From Azolla caroliniana (Eukaryota; Plantae; Polypodiophyta): a DNA stretch of 64,000 nucleotides. The position numbers and the translations under genes are program-made. The notes below the pieces were generated by a model that was given only the letters and a program-made list of their open reading frames with translations, was not told the origin of the DNA and made no database searches. Location: the NCBI GenBank assembly GCA_043228905.1, contig JBHGNT010000016.1, positions 14,198,001 through 14,262,000 of the forward strand, in the 5' to 3' direction. Each line of letters begins with the position of its first letter. Within the stretch, counting starts at the first letter, position 1. Positions 1-12,900 of the stretch are shown in pieces.

Positions 1-201
1 TAAAATATAATGTAGTGCATAGTATTTTAGCTGAAAATCCATTTTTTATTTTTTAATGGAAAAAATTTTAAAAATTACAAAAAAAAAAAAAACTTGGATT
101 TTCAACTGAAATCTAGTGCATCGCATTGGATTCCAATTAAAAATCCAAGATTTTTTATTTTTTCAAATTTTATTGTTTCAAATTTTATTGTTTCAAATTT
201 T

Positions 202-676
202 CAATGGGTTTTAGATTTGTTTTCTGACACAGGTATATAATATAAAACTTACATCAATTTAGATTAACGTTATATTCTATTCTTCAGTTTGATGTTACCT
301 GTGCAATTTCATTCTACTGTCATGTACTACTAAAACATACGCCTTAAAGATTATCAGGAACTCTGTTGCATTAGAGAAGGACCTTGAGCAAGTTAATGTC
401 ATCAAAATGAGGATCCAAGGTATCTGGGGTTGTCCTGATCAAGACCAAGAAGTTGGGGCAAAGCATATCAATAAAACTTAGATGTTCCAGATGACTTTTA
501 GAAAACTTGTGGAACTATAGATGAAGACGCAGGGCAACTTGTTGAATTAGAAGACGTTTCAGAGTCTGAACATACTAACAATTCAACTTAGCGTACTGAC
601 GAAGCCAATGAGGACAATCTTGATGAAAGAGCTAGTCCTGAGTAGACGGCTTTACCAGACTCATTATTCGATTGAA
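202..676 (+). pseudogene. Decayed 3' remnant of a paralog of the transposon-borne DNA amino-methyltransferase at 30444-34760
   Basis: Translates WVLDLFSDTG, then a GT donor at the same position as in 34320, then ALKIIRNSVALEKDLEQVNVIKMRIQGIWGCPDQDQEVGAKHI. The intact copy reads WILDLFSGTG...ALKLFRNTVALEKDEDQVIFINMRIKALWECPDQDEEVGAKNL. Stops follow downstream. Confidence 0.85.
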
Positions 677-2317
677 TGGTTATGGCTTATTGTAAATTTT
701 GAACAATATGAATTGTTAAATTTTGATGTAATATATAAGTTGAGCTTACTTATAATTTTTGTGTAACAATCATTGAACTTAGAAATTAAGTATACTTGTA
801 TGTGTACATGTTATCTAAACTCTCCTTTATCATTTGGGGTATATCGGAGATAAGTTTATACTCTATCATTTACTCGTATGATTGGAATGTTATTGTAGAC
901 TAGTTTATTTATACATTGACAGTGTCATGTATCACGTGTCAATGGAAATTTTCTCTAGACATAGTAGTATCTCTTAATTGCAAGGTTCACAATTTGCTTT
1001 AAGATGTATTATATTTAAATATACACACATAATTAGAAGAAGTCACTTATTCAATGGGGCATGCTTTTTAGAATATGCACAAGGACCCGTGTTACTATTA
1101 TACTTGTGTTGACAAATACACCCCTGTCTAAGATTTGGACAAAAACATGGTAGATAGAATATACGTCGGATGATTTTGTTGACGTGATATTAGTTAGTTC
1201 TTTTTTTCGCTATGTTTTCATAAACCACATACACATGCGTCGTGCCTTGTTGAAATTCTGCTTAAATAAGGCATTTTTTAACATCTCACTAAGATATGAA
1301 AAAGAGAATGCAACATATTACCTGTTTCAAATGACACAGTGTTTTAACATCTAATTGAATAAGCTCCAAATCTTTGGCTGCCACAATGCCATGCAAAATC
1401 TGAAGGGTGGTCATTTTCACCACTAGTGAGAAGATCTTGTCATAGTCGACAAGATCTTGTCGTAGTCGACACCATATTCTTGCCGGAAACCCTTCACTAC
1501 TAGTGTGGCTTTGAATTTGGGACTAGCTCAATTGGACATTTCTTTTAGCCGATTGATCCATTTGCAAGGGAGAGCACGTCGATTTGTTCATAGTTTGTTG
1601 AGAGGCAAGCTCAACATGCGCCGATCAACTAAATAAGCCTACAACTGGGTCGGCCTCGGGAAAGACTGGTGGGTTGTTGAGGCCTTCATCCCTAGTCTTA
1701 GTACTAGGAATATTTTAGGCAGTTAGTGTCGTGGTCTTTTTATGAGCAATCAAGTACTCACTGTACTTGTGTCAGCCCACTATCAGGGCTTGTATAAAAG
1801 TTCTTGTGAGCACACTTGTATGTACAAAGCGTATTATTTTCAAATCTGAGTTTTGTCTTTTGCGTTGTCGTGAAGATCCATCACTACGTGCGGATCGTGA
1901 GGTAGAACCGTCGGGGTTCTGGACCAGAAGGATTCAAAGTCGGTACAAGCTTTGGCTAGAAAGTACTTAAGATAGATTGGGAAAGAGAGAATTTGAGATT
2001 AAATGATTGAGAGAGATTGATTGAACTTTTATCTTTGGATTTAAGAAACAAGTTACACCATCAATTTGATAACGAATTTCTTCTTCTTAATTTCATAACA
2101 AAAAAAACGTGTTTTTTCTCCTCCCCCTTCCTTCTTTTATAGATGCTCTCATGCATATGATGCATGTGAGGGTACAAGACACGCATAAATTGCATGTTTG
2201 CCATTTGGCGCTTATGTATTACATGTGGTGCATGATAACCATGTCACTCATTTTAGCTCTCATGTATGAGAATTTACATGTAAAAGTACAATGATAGAAA
2301 TATAAAGTTAACTAAAT

Positions 2318-2385
2318 GGCATGGCTTAATGGTAAGCCAATTGACTCCTAACTTGGAGGTGCAAGGTTCGAATCCTTACTTGCCC
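2318..2385 (+). promoter_or_regulatory. tRNA-derived segment with Pol III box A and box B
   Basis: TGGCTTAATGG (2322-2332) and GGTTCGAATCC (2365-2375) at tRNA-like spacing; cloverleaf stems are imperfect. Confidence 0.55.
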
Positions 2386-2454
2386 TCCTTGTATATGTAT
2401 ATATGTATATATATTTATATATTTATTTATCTAATCACCGGACCGGGTTCAACG

Positions 2455-2610
2455 AATGCCGTCGGTTACTGATGTCGTCGCCGGATGCCGTCATCGGTTG
2501 CCTCCGGATACCGGTGCCGCCGTCAGATACCGCCGTCGGTTGCCGCCGGATACCGTCGGTTACCGGTCCCCGCCGGATGCCGTTTTGCTGTCGGATCGCC
2601 GGTCCGGTTT
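2455..2610. repeat. GC-rich degenerate tandem repeat (GCCGTCGGTT and GCCGGAT motifs)
   Basis: Repeated gccgtcggtt, gccggatgcc and ccggatacc units are visible directly. Confidence 0.65.
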
Positions 2611-5033
2611 TGGTTGGCTAAAACCCTTTACGAGTAGCTAGCCCACCTCCACTCTTAGTTCAAGTTACCTTGAACTCTCTATGCTCCACACATAGACACA
2701 AAGATAATATCTTTTGCTCTACCTTATATATGATGAGAGTCGTATTTGTCGTGCCTATGTGGGATATCTCACAATTTTCTCTTTTCCTTTTACAAACTTT
2801 ATACCCTCATATCTTGACATTTAGTTGTCCGTTTCTCGTGTAATAAAGTGCATTCGAAACCTCCATCATTTTGTACTTAGATATTAAATTTATTTAAAAT
2901 GTTATCTTCACAATTATTGTACTATGTGATTCATACTCGATTTCGTACGTTTTATGGGATTTTCACACTATTGCCGAAAATCTTCACGATAGCGCTCTCT
3001 ATCTCTCCCACTCCCACTTATTGTATTTCTGCGTTTCTATGTGTTTTAACTAACTCTGGTTGAGCCGACTATGTTTTGTTTATAAGCTTCCACATACATG
3101 TTACCCGTAAGAATATATGGGGAGGCTTAAGGGTAGGTGTAATGATGTGGTTGATGTGTATGTGTAAAGTAAATGAGTGTGTGAGTGTGTGTATGGACAC
3201 ATGCAGAACTATGTGCATGTGTACAAGAATGCGTAACGGTCTTATTTATAATGGTCATGTAACTGTTACATTGGATGCATTATATAAACCCCTTATTGGA
3301 ATGTAATGAAGATGACTTTTTCCCTCTCATTTTGAATTTTGTATTTTCACTTTCCTTCTCTCTCTCTCTCTTTTTATTGTAACCCCCTTGGGAGGGGAGT
3401 GATGCCATTTTAGGCTTCACCCCCCACCCCAACAACACTTTTGGCACGCCCGAACGGATGACCCTCCCTTGAGAAGAAGTCATGTCTCCCTCCCTCGCTC
3501 TCCCTCTGCAATCTCTTTTTCTCTCTCTCTCTCCTTTGCTGCGTGTTGTTACTATCTGTGTTAGAGAGAGTGGTTTTGTGCATAGACTCTCTATATGGTG
3601 ATCCGTTTTATTAAAGGTTCTTCGTGTGTGTTGGGAATCAGGATCTAGAGATTTTGTGAGATGACTATCTTTTTGCTCTTCCCCCTATCTTTTGTGTGTT
3701 GTAATATGTCATTCTTCTTCTTTCTAGATCGACCTTTAATTTGATTTCAAGAAAGAAACCCTAATGTTTTTGTGCTTAAACGTATCTACATTGTTCTCTC
3801 TCTATAGACAACAACCATCTGCCGAGGAAAGAGAACAATTTTGTGGATATTTGGAAGTTTTGGCTTCTTCATCAACGTTATCATTTTTACAACAGTCATC
3901 ATCATCATCACCATAATCACCATCACCATCATCAGATACCCTCCTCCTCTGGTTAGCAGCAACTCCTCTGGTGGGATGGGGGAGATTGAGGTATGTGGAC
4001 CAGGAGCTCTGCAATCACCGGTAGCAGATCGGTATGATGGCGGGAATATAAGTTACAATTTTTGCGTAAGGGGTTTGTCCTACATTAATCTTTCACGCAA
4101 AAGTCTGATCTGATCATCCGAAAGTGGAGTAGAAATGGGAGCATGTCTCTCTCATAGCATAGATGGAATTACTAGTACTAATGAATATGACTGTGTTGCC
4201 TGTTGCGGTGAATATGATCCTTCTCGATGAAGATGAAGAAAATTTAAAGGGAAAGAAAGGAAGATAGTCATTGTTGATCCCATCAAATCGATGAATACAA
4301 TGCCACTACCCTCTCCATCAGCGTAGATACTATCAAGGCTCAGTATGGTTTGCTTTGTTAGCAGACCTTCAAAGTTTGATTTTTCATAAAAGAAGTCCAG
4401 GAAGCATAGTGGCGAGAAGCAAGAGTTGAAGCTGCTACAACCATTCGAGCAACGGCCAAACAATGGTCGGGTAGTGGTCAGACAACGGTTGAATGGACAA
4501 GCCCGGATAGCGGCGGCTGATGGCCGACAGTGGCCAAGTGGTGGCCAGATAATGGTTAAATGGTGGCTGCACAGTGGCCGAATGGTATTGCCGACTGGCC
4601 AGACAATGGCCGACAACGGCTAGATGGTTGGGCTGAGAATTGTCAGAACCAATGATAAAAGATAGAGTGATGGAAGAAGGATAGAGAAGAATGGATGTAT
4701 AAGATAGAGAAAGAAAGAGAATGGATACAAGATATGTAATGAGAGCTAAAGACTGGTGTTGATTCGAATTGATTTGAGAATACATGTATGCGCTTATTTA
4801 TAGGTTCCTATAGAATAGCTTAGAGATTTCTAGAATGTTCTAGAATGTTCTAGACCGAGAATGCTCTAGGACATTCTAGAACATTCTAGAATAATCTAGA
4901 GTTTTTACAATAATCAATGTAATACAAGAAGTAGCTTTTATTGTTTCATATAACAATAAGCTATCTTAATGGTTGAGGTTTTCAAGTATGAATTACAAGG
5001 TTCGAGGTTCAAGTCCGGGTGACGCCATAATGG

Positions 5034-8000
5034 TCATGTGTTCATGACACTATCCCTCCTTCGAGAACGCCGAGTGGAAGTCGGCGTTAACATTGTTGGA
5101 CCGGGCTTGTTTGGATAGTGACGATGGAAGTCGTTGACCAGAGCTTCAGCATTACAAATGTTATCGATGGGTTCCCAAGTGCGATCACTTGGAGGATAAC
5201 CAAGCCAATCAACTAGATAATAAAGCTTATTGCGCACAATCTTAGGATCGAGAATAGCAGCTACCTCGTATTCGGGGCCGTCCACAAGTTGTACAGAAGG
5301 CGGTGGTGGCATGACACGATTAGGAATTAAAGAGGTGTGGCAAGGTTCCAAAAGAGAGCTATGAAAGACAGGGTGAAGCCGCATATGTGCAGGAAGGTTA
5401 AGACGAAATGTTGCATCATTAATCTGCGCCGTGATGACAAAAGGACCTAAGCGTTGATAGTCAAGCTTAGCACACGATCGGGTAGTCTTGATGTGACGAC
5501 GAAGCAACCATACACGGTCACCAACCTTAAACGGAGACTTAAGACGATGTCGATCAGCATTGGTCTTATCGTGTGCTTGCGCTTTCTGAAGATGTGACGA
5601 TAACTCGAACTGGATTTGTTGTAGTCGGTGGAGGTGATGCGCCGCACTAGGGTTTCGTGACACCTTGGGAAGATCTAGTATACACCATCGAGGGTGGTTG
5701 CCGATGTAGGCAAAGAAAGGTGTAACTTTGGTAGAAGAGTGGACCGAGTTGTTGTATGCAAACTCGGCAAGATGTAAAATTTTACTCCAATCATCTTGTT
5801 GATAACTAATGAAACATCGAAGATATTGCTCGAGCGTTTGATTTGTGCGCTCTGTTTGTCCGTCAGTTTGTGGATGATAAGCCGAAGAGAGTTTGCAAGA
5901 GATTTTGAGGCCTGCCCATAGGTGCTTCCAAAAGTGTGAGATAAATTGAGGACCTCGATCGCTAATAATATCATTCGGGAGACCATGATGGCGAAACACT
6001 TCACGCATAATGAGATCTGCAGTTTCTTCACTATTGATGGTCTTTACACATGGTACAAAATGTGCCATCTTGGTGAACCGATCCACTACTGTTAAAATAG
6101 TATCAAAGCCTTTGAAAGGTGGCAGATCCGTAATGAAATCCATAGAAATAGACAGCCATGGCTTGTTGGGAGGGGGTAATGGTTGTAGTAAGCCATAAGG
6201 GTGATGCTGGGGTATTTTGGCGCGACAGCAGGTGTCACAAGTGCGAACATAATCTCCGACAAATTTTTGCAAGTGAGGCCACCAAAACGAACGTTTCACC
6301 AGCTCAATGGTCTTGTAAATACCAAGCCATGGGGGCATCATGACAATGTTCCAACACTTGAAGTCGGGGTGATCCGTCGGGGACGTAAAGGAGATTCTTG
6401 TAGAAGAGTAAACCATCTTGCCACTTGATGTCCTGATAATGTTGAGATGACCCTGGCAATGTGGAGCAAGATGGACGACTTGAACCACAGTGGGCTAAGA
6501 CATCCTTAGCAAAATCATCCGAATGAAGTTGTTGCCGAATAGTGTCAAGAAGGGTAGAATCAAGTGGTGTGGCATAAATTGTTGTTACCTGTAGCTTTGA
6601 TGGCCCGAGGAGAGTTTGCTTTTGATTGTCAAAGGCCGGATCTCCAGGTCAAAGTGCTAGATACGAACGCCGAGACAGAGCATCTGCTTTCCCTTGTTGT
6701 TTTCCGGGGCGAAAAATGATCTTGAAATTGAAATGTGTTAGAAATTGGGCCCACCGAGCTTGTCGTCTATTTAATACTCGAGCTGTTTGAAAATATGTGA
6801 GATTTTTGTGATCACTATAAATGATAATCTGATGAGGTGATCCTTCTAGAAAATGACGCCATTGCTCGAATGAGTCGACCACAACTAGTAACTCCTTGTC
6901 ATGCACCTCATAGTTTATCTTCGAAACAGTAAACTTTCTCGAGTGAAACGCGACTGGATGTATCTGCCCGTCCTCGCCTGGTTGCGATAGGATACTCCCC
7001 AATGCAAAGTCTGATGCATCCGCCTCAATAGTAAATGGCTTTTCAGGATCAATATGTGCTAGGATGGGTGCTGATGTGAATGCCTCTTTCAGTTGCATAA
7101 AAGCCTTGTCCGCTTCGATACTCCAAAAACATGCTTGATTTTTCTTGGTGAGTTGAGTAAGGGGCAACACAATGCTTGAATAATTATGTATGAATTTGCG
7201 ATAGAAGTTCGCAAATCCGAGGAAACATTGGACATCCCGAACTGAGCATGGGGGTTTCCATTCCAATATTGTTTGGACTTTTGCCGGGTCCATGAAAACA
7301 CCCTGGGATGAAATAGTGTATCCCAAAAATTCGACTTGTTTGCAATCAAAACTGCATTTCTCAAGTTTGGCGTAAAGACCATACTTCCTTAGGCGTTCAA
7401 GTACTTGCCGCACATGTATATCATGCTCCCCCTATGTTTTAGAGTAAATCAATAGATCATCTAGGTAGATGACTAGAAAAATATCCAAGAAATCTCGGAA
7501 GATGTCATTTGCCATATGTTGGAATACGGCAGGTGCATTTGTGAGCCCGAAAGGCATGACTGTATACTCGAAATGACCATACCGAGTACGAAATGCTGTT
7601 TTCCACTCATCTCCCGGCCGAATTCGAACAAGATTATATGCACCCCTTAGATCAATTTTGGTAAAATGCTTTGCCCCACCAATGCGTTCTAAGAGATTGG
7701 AGATTAAAGGTAAAGCATACCTATTCCTTATGGTGACTTTATTCAAGCCTCGATAGTCCACGACCAAACGAAGGGAGCCGTCCTTTTTCTTCACAAAAAA
7801 GATAGGAGCACCAGTTGGAGACTTTGAATGTCGAATAAACCCATGTGCAAGATTTTCCTCGATGTATTCTCGAAGAACCTCAAGCTCAGTGGGTGATAAA
7901 TTGTAAATCGGACCCCACGGAGGTTCTTTTCTTGGTTGGAGATCAATAGGACAGTCGTACGACCGATGCTTTGGAAGAACACTAGCTTTGACTTTGTCGA

Positions 8001-9835
8001 AAACATCAGCATAGTCTTGATATTTTTTGGGAATTTGGATGTCTGAATTCCCTTGAGTGACACTAGAAGGTGTCACTGATACTGCAAATAAGAAAAGGTC
8101 CTCCTTGCCTCCCACTTGGTGCAATTGTTGCAATGTGATGGCTGAAATTTGATGAGAAGGATATGGTGCATCGGTAGAACTATATACTTTGGGAGGATAA
8201 TCCCGAGTTCGATCCTTGACAATAATATTTTCTGCTGAAGGGCACCTAATTTCTCGCTTCCTCCAATCGATTCTAGGGTTATGTAGCTCGAACCATGGAA
8301 AACCGAGGACAATTGGATGCTCAGGACTACGGATTATGTTAAAGGAAACTACACATCCTAAATCACCCAAGAGTATGTGTATTGTCTCAGACTCTTCAAA
8401 TATCTTCCCGGAAGCTATGGGGCGTCCATCAATCACTACTACGGAAACTGGACAAGGAAGTGTATGCAAGGATATTTGGTGTTTTTGGGCAAAATCTCTA
8501 TCCATGAAACAAGAATTGGCTCCAGTATCTAAGAGGGCTTGGACTTGAAGTTGAAAACTAGGTGTCCTAACTTGTACTAGGGCTGAGAAGACTCTACTAA
8601 CATGTTTGGAAGAAATGGAACCCACACTAGGTTGTACATATCTAGGGTTGTCCAACCAAATGGCTCCTATTTTGGCTGGACTTATTCGTTTGACTCCTCT
8701 TCTAATTGGCTTAGGACTTCAAATTTATTGGACAAGGGTGGATTATTCATAATATTAGATTCACTAACTACTTCTAAAATGTTGGACTCATTTTTATTGT
8801 CATAGTGAATTTGATTTACCTGACGTCTCGGCCTACGGGAGCAATGAATGGCTATATGTCCTAGACCTCCACAATATAAGCACAGATGGTTTGCTTGACG
8901 ACGTTGCTTCTCTTCGTCTGACAACGGTCCTCGTCGTTGAGTCATATCGATCTCCATGGGTGTAGGACTATCCATTGGGACTGGACTACGTGTTCGCCTT
9001 GGAGTTGGAGCAGGGCTATACATTTGCCTTGGGGATGATTGTGTCGTTACTGATGCATAAGTTGGTGTGAATCTAGATCTTTTTATTTGTTCTTGTCGCT
9101 CACATCGACGCTCAAAAAGGCGATTATCACACTATATTGCTCGACTAATAGCTTCTGTAAGTGACCTTGGATCCTCGGGGAAGGTAAGAAGTAAGTCTTT
9201 GACATCACTACAAAGGCCTGAACAGAATTGCTCCATTAGGGCTTGTTCATCCCAAGGAATATCGCTTGCGATGAGACGGAAATTGGCAGCATATGTTGAA
9301 GCTGGTTGATCACCTTGACGAAGTGTACGAATCTTGTTGATAGCTGTTCTCGCCCCATCAGTATCTCCGAAACAAGGCTTAAATTCCTTGATAAATTCCT
9401 CGAAATTATTCAGTAGAGGAGAATTGGTCTCTAGCAATGGAGCAAACCACGACAACGCTATGCCAGTCAATAAAGTGCCCACTAGCCCGACTCGTGATGC
9501 ATCTGTTGGATAACGTGCGGGATGCATTTGAATCACCAACCGTACTTGATTCAAAAAACCTCGGAAATGCGCCCTCGACCCATCAAATTTAGTTGGGAGG
9601 CTAATTTTGGGCTCCTTGATAAGTTCCTGACCTTCAACCCTTTGTTGTTGTAACACGACTCTAACTGTTGCACTTGTCGCGTGAACTCCTCTTGTTGTTG
9701 TTGCTTCTCTATAGTAACCTTTTGTAGATCCCCAAGTAGACGTTGATTCTCTACTTCAAGAGATGCGAACTTGGATTTAAGGTTCTCCATTTCTGCAACA
9801 AGGGTGAGATATTCGTCTGAGTTAATGGCAGCCAT
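5034..9835 (-). pseudogene. gag-pol polyprotein of the chromovirus, interrupted by stops and frameshifts
   Basis: gag 9132-9656, zinc knuckle CLYCGGLGHIAIHC, protease LLDTGA, RT YLDD (7432-8655), RNase H ADASD (6649-7413), integrase SMDFI/SDRG/GQTER, chromodomain YEVAAILD...YLVDWLGY...TWEP. Confidence 0.92.
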
Positions 9836-9860
9836 GGTTTCAAGATGGTTACAAAGGAGG

Positions 9861-9863
<3 letters not shown>

Positions 9864-9922
<59 letters not shown>
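9864..9922. repeat. (GA)n microsatellite in the chromovirus leader
   Basis: Direct GA dinucleotide run. Confidence 0.95.
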
Positions 9923-9926
<4 letters not shown>

Positions 9927-12900
9927 GAATCAAACTGTCAGAACCAAGGATAAAAGATAGAGTGATGGAAGAAGGATAGAGAAGAATGGATGTATAAGAT
10001 AGAGAAAGAAAGAGAATGGATACAAGATATGTAATGAGAGCTAAAGACTGGTGTTGATTCGAATTGATTTGAGAATACATGTATGCGCTTATTTATAGGT
10101 TCCTATAGAATAGCTTAGAGATTTCTAGAATGTTCTAGAATGTTCTAGACCTAGAATGCTCTAGGACATTCTAGAACATTCTAGAATAATAATCTAGAGT
10201 TTTTACAATAATCAATGTAATACAAGAAGTAGCTTTTATTGTTTCATATAACAATAAGCTATCTTAATGGTTGAGGTTTTCAAGTATGAATTACAAGGTT
10301 CGAGGTTCAAGTCCGGGTGACGCCATAATGGTCATGTGTTCATGACAAGAATCGGCTAAGACAGAAGTGTCAACCAAAAGCATGTCGTTTGACATCCAAC
10401 GAAGCAGATGATTGAAGATCAACGGCCCATGCCACATTGAACTAGCCGATTGGTGTATAATCCAATCACCACTTGTGCTGATTGAACGAGAAAGTTTGAG
10501 TCAAGCACAACTCCGATCGAAGTTATCGATCATAGAGCGGTGATCCGGTCAAGGGATTTCCGACTGTTGAGACGACCGATGGAGTTCCAGTCTAGAAGAG
10601 TTGCCATGGAGAGTGGGTTCACCGTGCAATGCACTGTCCCACGGGCGTGCCATGTGTTACCCATAAGAATATACAGGGAGGCATAAAGGTAGGTGTAATG
10701 ATGTGGTTGATGTGTATGTGTAAAGTAAATGAGTGTGTGAGTATGTGTATGGACACATGAACAATTATGTGCATGTGTACAAGAATGCGTAATGGTTTTA
10801 TTTATAATGGTCATGTAACCGTTACATTGGATGTATTATATAAACCCATTATGGGCATGTAATAAAGATAACCTTTTCCCTCTGATTTTGGTGTCATTTT
10901 GTATTTTCACTTTCCTTCTCTCTCTCTCTTTATTGTAACCCCCTTGGGAGGGGGGTGATGCTATATTAGGCTTCACCCCCCCACCCCAACAACAATACAA
11001 AACTCTTTACATGGTATCAGATCGCGAGGGTTGAATATCCTCTGCTACCGACAAGCACTTTCAACACAAACAAGCCTTTGATCTCCAGACAAAGATTCAT
11101 AGGAACATGGACAAAGGAATGGGTAGCTAGATAGGATCAATTATGTGTCTTGGTTGCATAAGATGCATTAGTACGTGCTAAGCCATGACTACTAGAGCTA
11201 TGTGCAAGGAGTAAACGAGGTACCACTAGAGTCGACACAGAAAGACTTCCTAGCTTGGGAGCAAGTAACAAGCCAAGTCTTGTTTTGCTTTTCCTCGTGT
11301 GTTCATGATAAGATGCTTGGGTACATAAAGGATGCAAAGTCGTTGAAGGATTCCTGGGGGAACCTATAGAGGGTGTTTGCAGCCAACACCACAACCCATG
11401 AGTTATAGCTCAGACAAGAGCTCAACAATGTTTGACAAGGAAGTATGTTGGTAATTGACTACAAGACAAAGATCGAGGAGATCTATGACTCACTTAGCTC
11501 CATCAACGTGATGCAGACGAAGAAGAGATGGTGCAGATTTGTCTTGGCGGTCTAGCTCCGAAATACAAGCTGATTTGAACGACTATCTATACAAGAGAGA
11601 AACTGCCATCATTTTTCGACTTAGAGTCGATGATCTTGGTAGAGGAGAACCACATCGGTGTGTCGATGACCATGCACACCGATAGAAAGATGTTATACAC
11701 AAAGGCATAGAGGCCTCGTGGTCATGGTGGACACTGTGGATCAACATGAAATGGTACAAGTCTACAAGAGCAGAACTATAGGCATCACTTTGATTCATGT
11801 CAGCTAGAAAGGGATAATGATGAATATCATGCATGTCCCAACGATTACCAACAACCTGGTGCCGGTTGGTCAGAGCATAGACCAAGGTATGCAGGGTCGG
11901 TTCACTCATAAGGTGTGCTTCTTCTTGGTCATAAGGTGTGCCTAATGCAAGAAGAAGGTAAGATCATCGCGCAAGGGTGCCAAGAAGGGGGGATGTTCAT
12001 CTGCGAGACGAATGATGTAGGCATCACTATGTTCTCCAAAGGGCAAAAGGTCGAATCAGACATTTACCTCTAGCACAAGCGGTTTGGCCACATCAACTTC
12101 CCTAAGCTTCAAGAGATGAAGTTGAAACAAATAGTGTCCGGGTTGCCAAAATTCAATGGTCAAAAAGGCCAATTATGTGAAGCTTCTCAACTAAGGAAAC
12201 ATCACCGGCTTCCATTCCCCAAGGAGAAAATCGGAGCCATAACAAGATCGATTTAATCCAATCGGATGTGTGCTGACCGGCATAGAACGTGAGCATTGAA
12301 GGAAGTCATTACTTTGTAACCTTTATCGATGACTACACTCTACACACTTGAGCGTGCTTGATCGAGAAGAATAGCAAAGTCTTTTCCTATTTCTTGAAAG
12401 TTAAGAGCCTTGCCGAACGGGAGACAGACAAAAAAATCAACTGCCTTAGGTTTGATGGCGGGAAAGAGTACTTTTTCGACCAATTCTCTAATTATCTGTG
12501 GAAGGAAGGAATTTGGCGCAAATTCTGTTGCAGATACACACCGCAGTAGGACGATGTGGCCGAGAGGAAGAACCGTATCACCAAAGAAGCAGCAAGGGCA
12601 ATGCTCGAGGAGAGGAGCATGCCGAAGTTCTACTAAGCTGAAGCGTTTAGAGTAGTCGTTTAGCTTGAGAATCAGACGTCTAGAGCTGGAGGTAAAGTGT
12701 TGCCACACAAGCTATACTTCAAGAAGAAGCGGAACTTGGCACACTTAAGGGTGTTTGGCAACATTGCATATGAGTTTGTGTAGAGAGAAGAGGAGGACGC
12801 TAGATGCGAAAGCTGAAAAGAGCATTCGGGTCGGCTACTCAGATGAACAAAAGGGTTATAAATGCTATACCACCTGAATGAAACAAGTCCGAGTTAGTCC

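Larger units (their letters stand above)
1866..2991. mobile_element. Solo-LTR-like insertion inside the Copia 5' LTR
   Basis: Ends TGTCGTGAAGAT...ATCTTCACGATA form an inverted pair. Copia LTR homology stops before and resumes after. The target duplication is imperfect. Confidence 0.55.
4641..10347 (-). mobile_element. Full-length Ty3/Gypsy chromovirus (Tcn1-like), recent insertion
   Basis: Near-identical LTRs 4641-5049 and 9936-10347, TSD AGAAT on both sides, PPT next to 5049. Domain order is gag-PR-RT-RH-INT-chromodomain. Confidence 0.95.
3099..10994 (+). mobile_element. Non-autonomous LTR element (LARD/TRIM-like) nested in the Copia LTR
   Basis: LTRs 3099-3437 and 10655-10994 (TGTT...AACA). 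TSD ATACA at 3094-3098 and 10995-10999. PBS-like CTTTTGGCACGCC follows the first LTR. No recognisable gag or pol of its own. Confidence 0.85.

Noticed and set aside
9751-10080. ORFs with SLSLSL or RERERE runs (also near 45809-46389 and 51305-51706)
   Set aside because: They are translations of (GA)n/(CT)n microsatellites.
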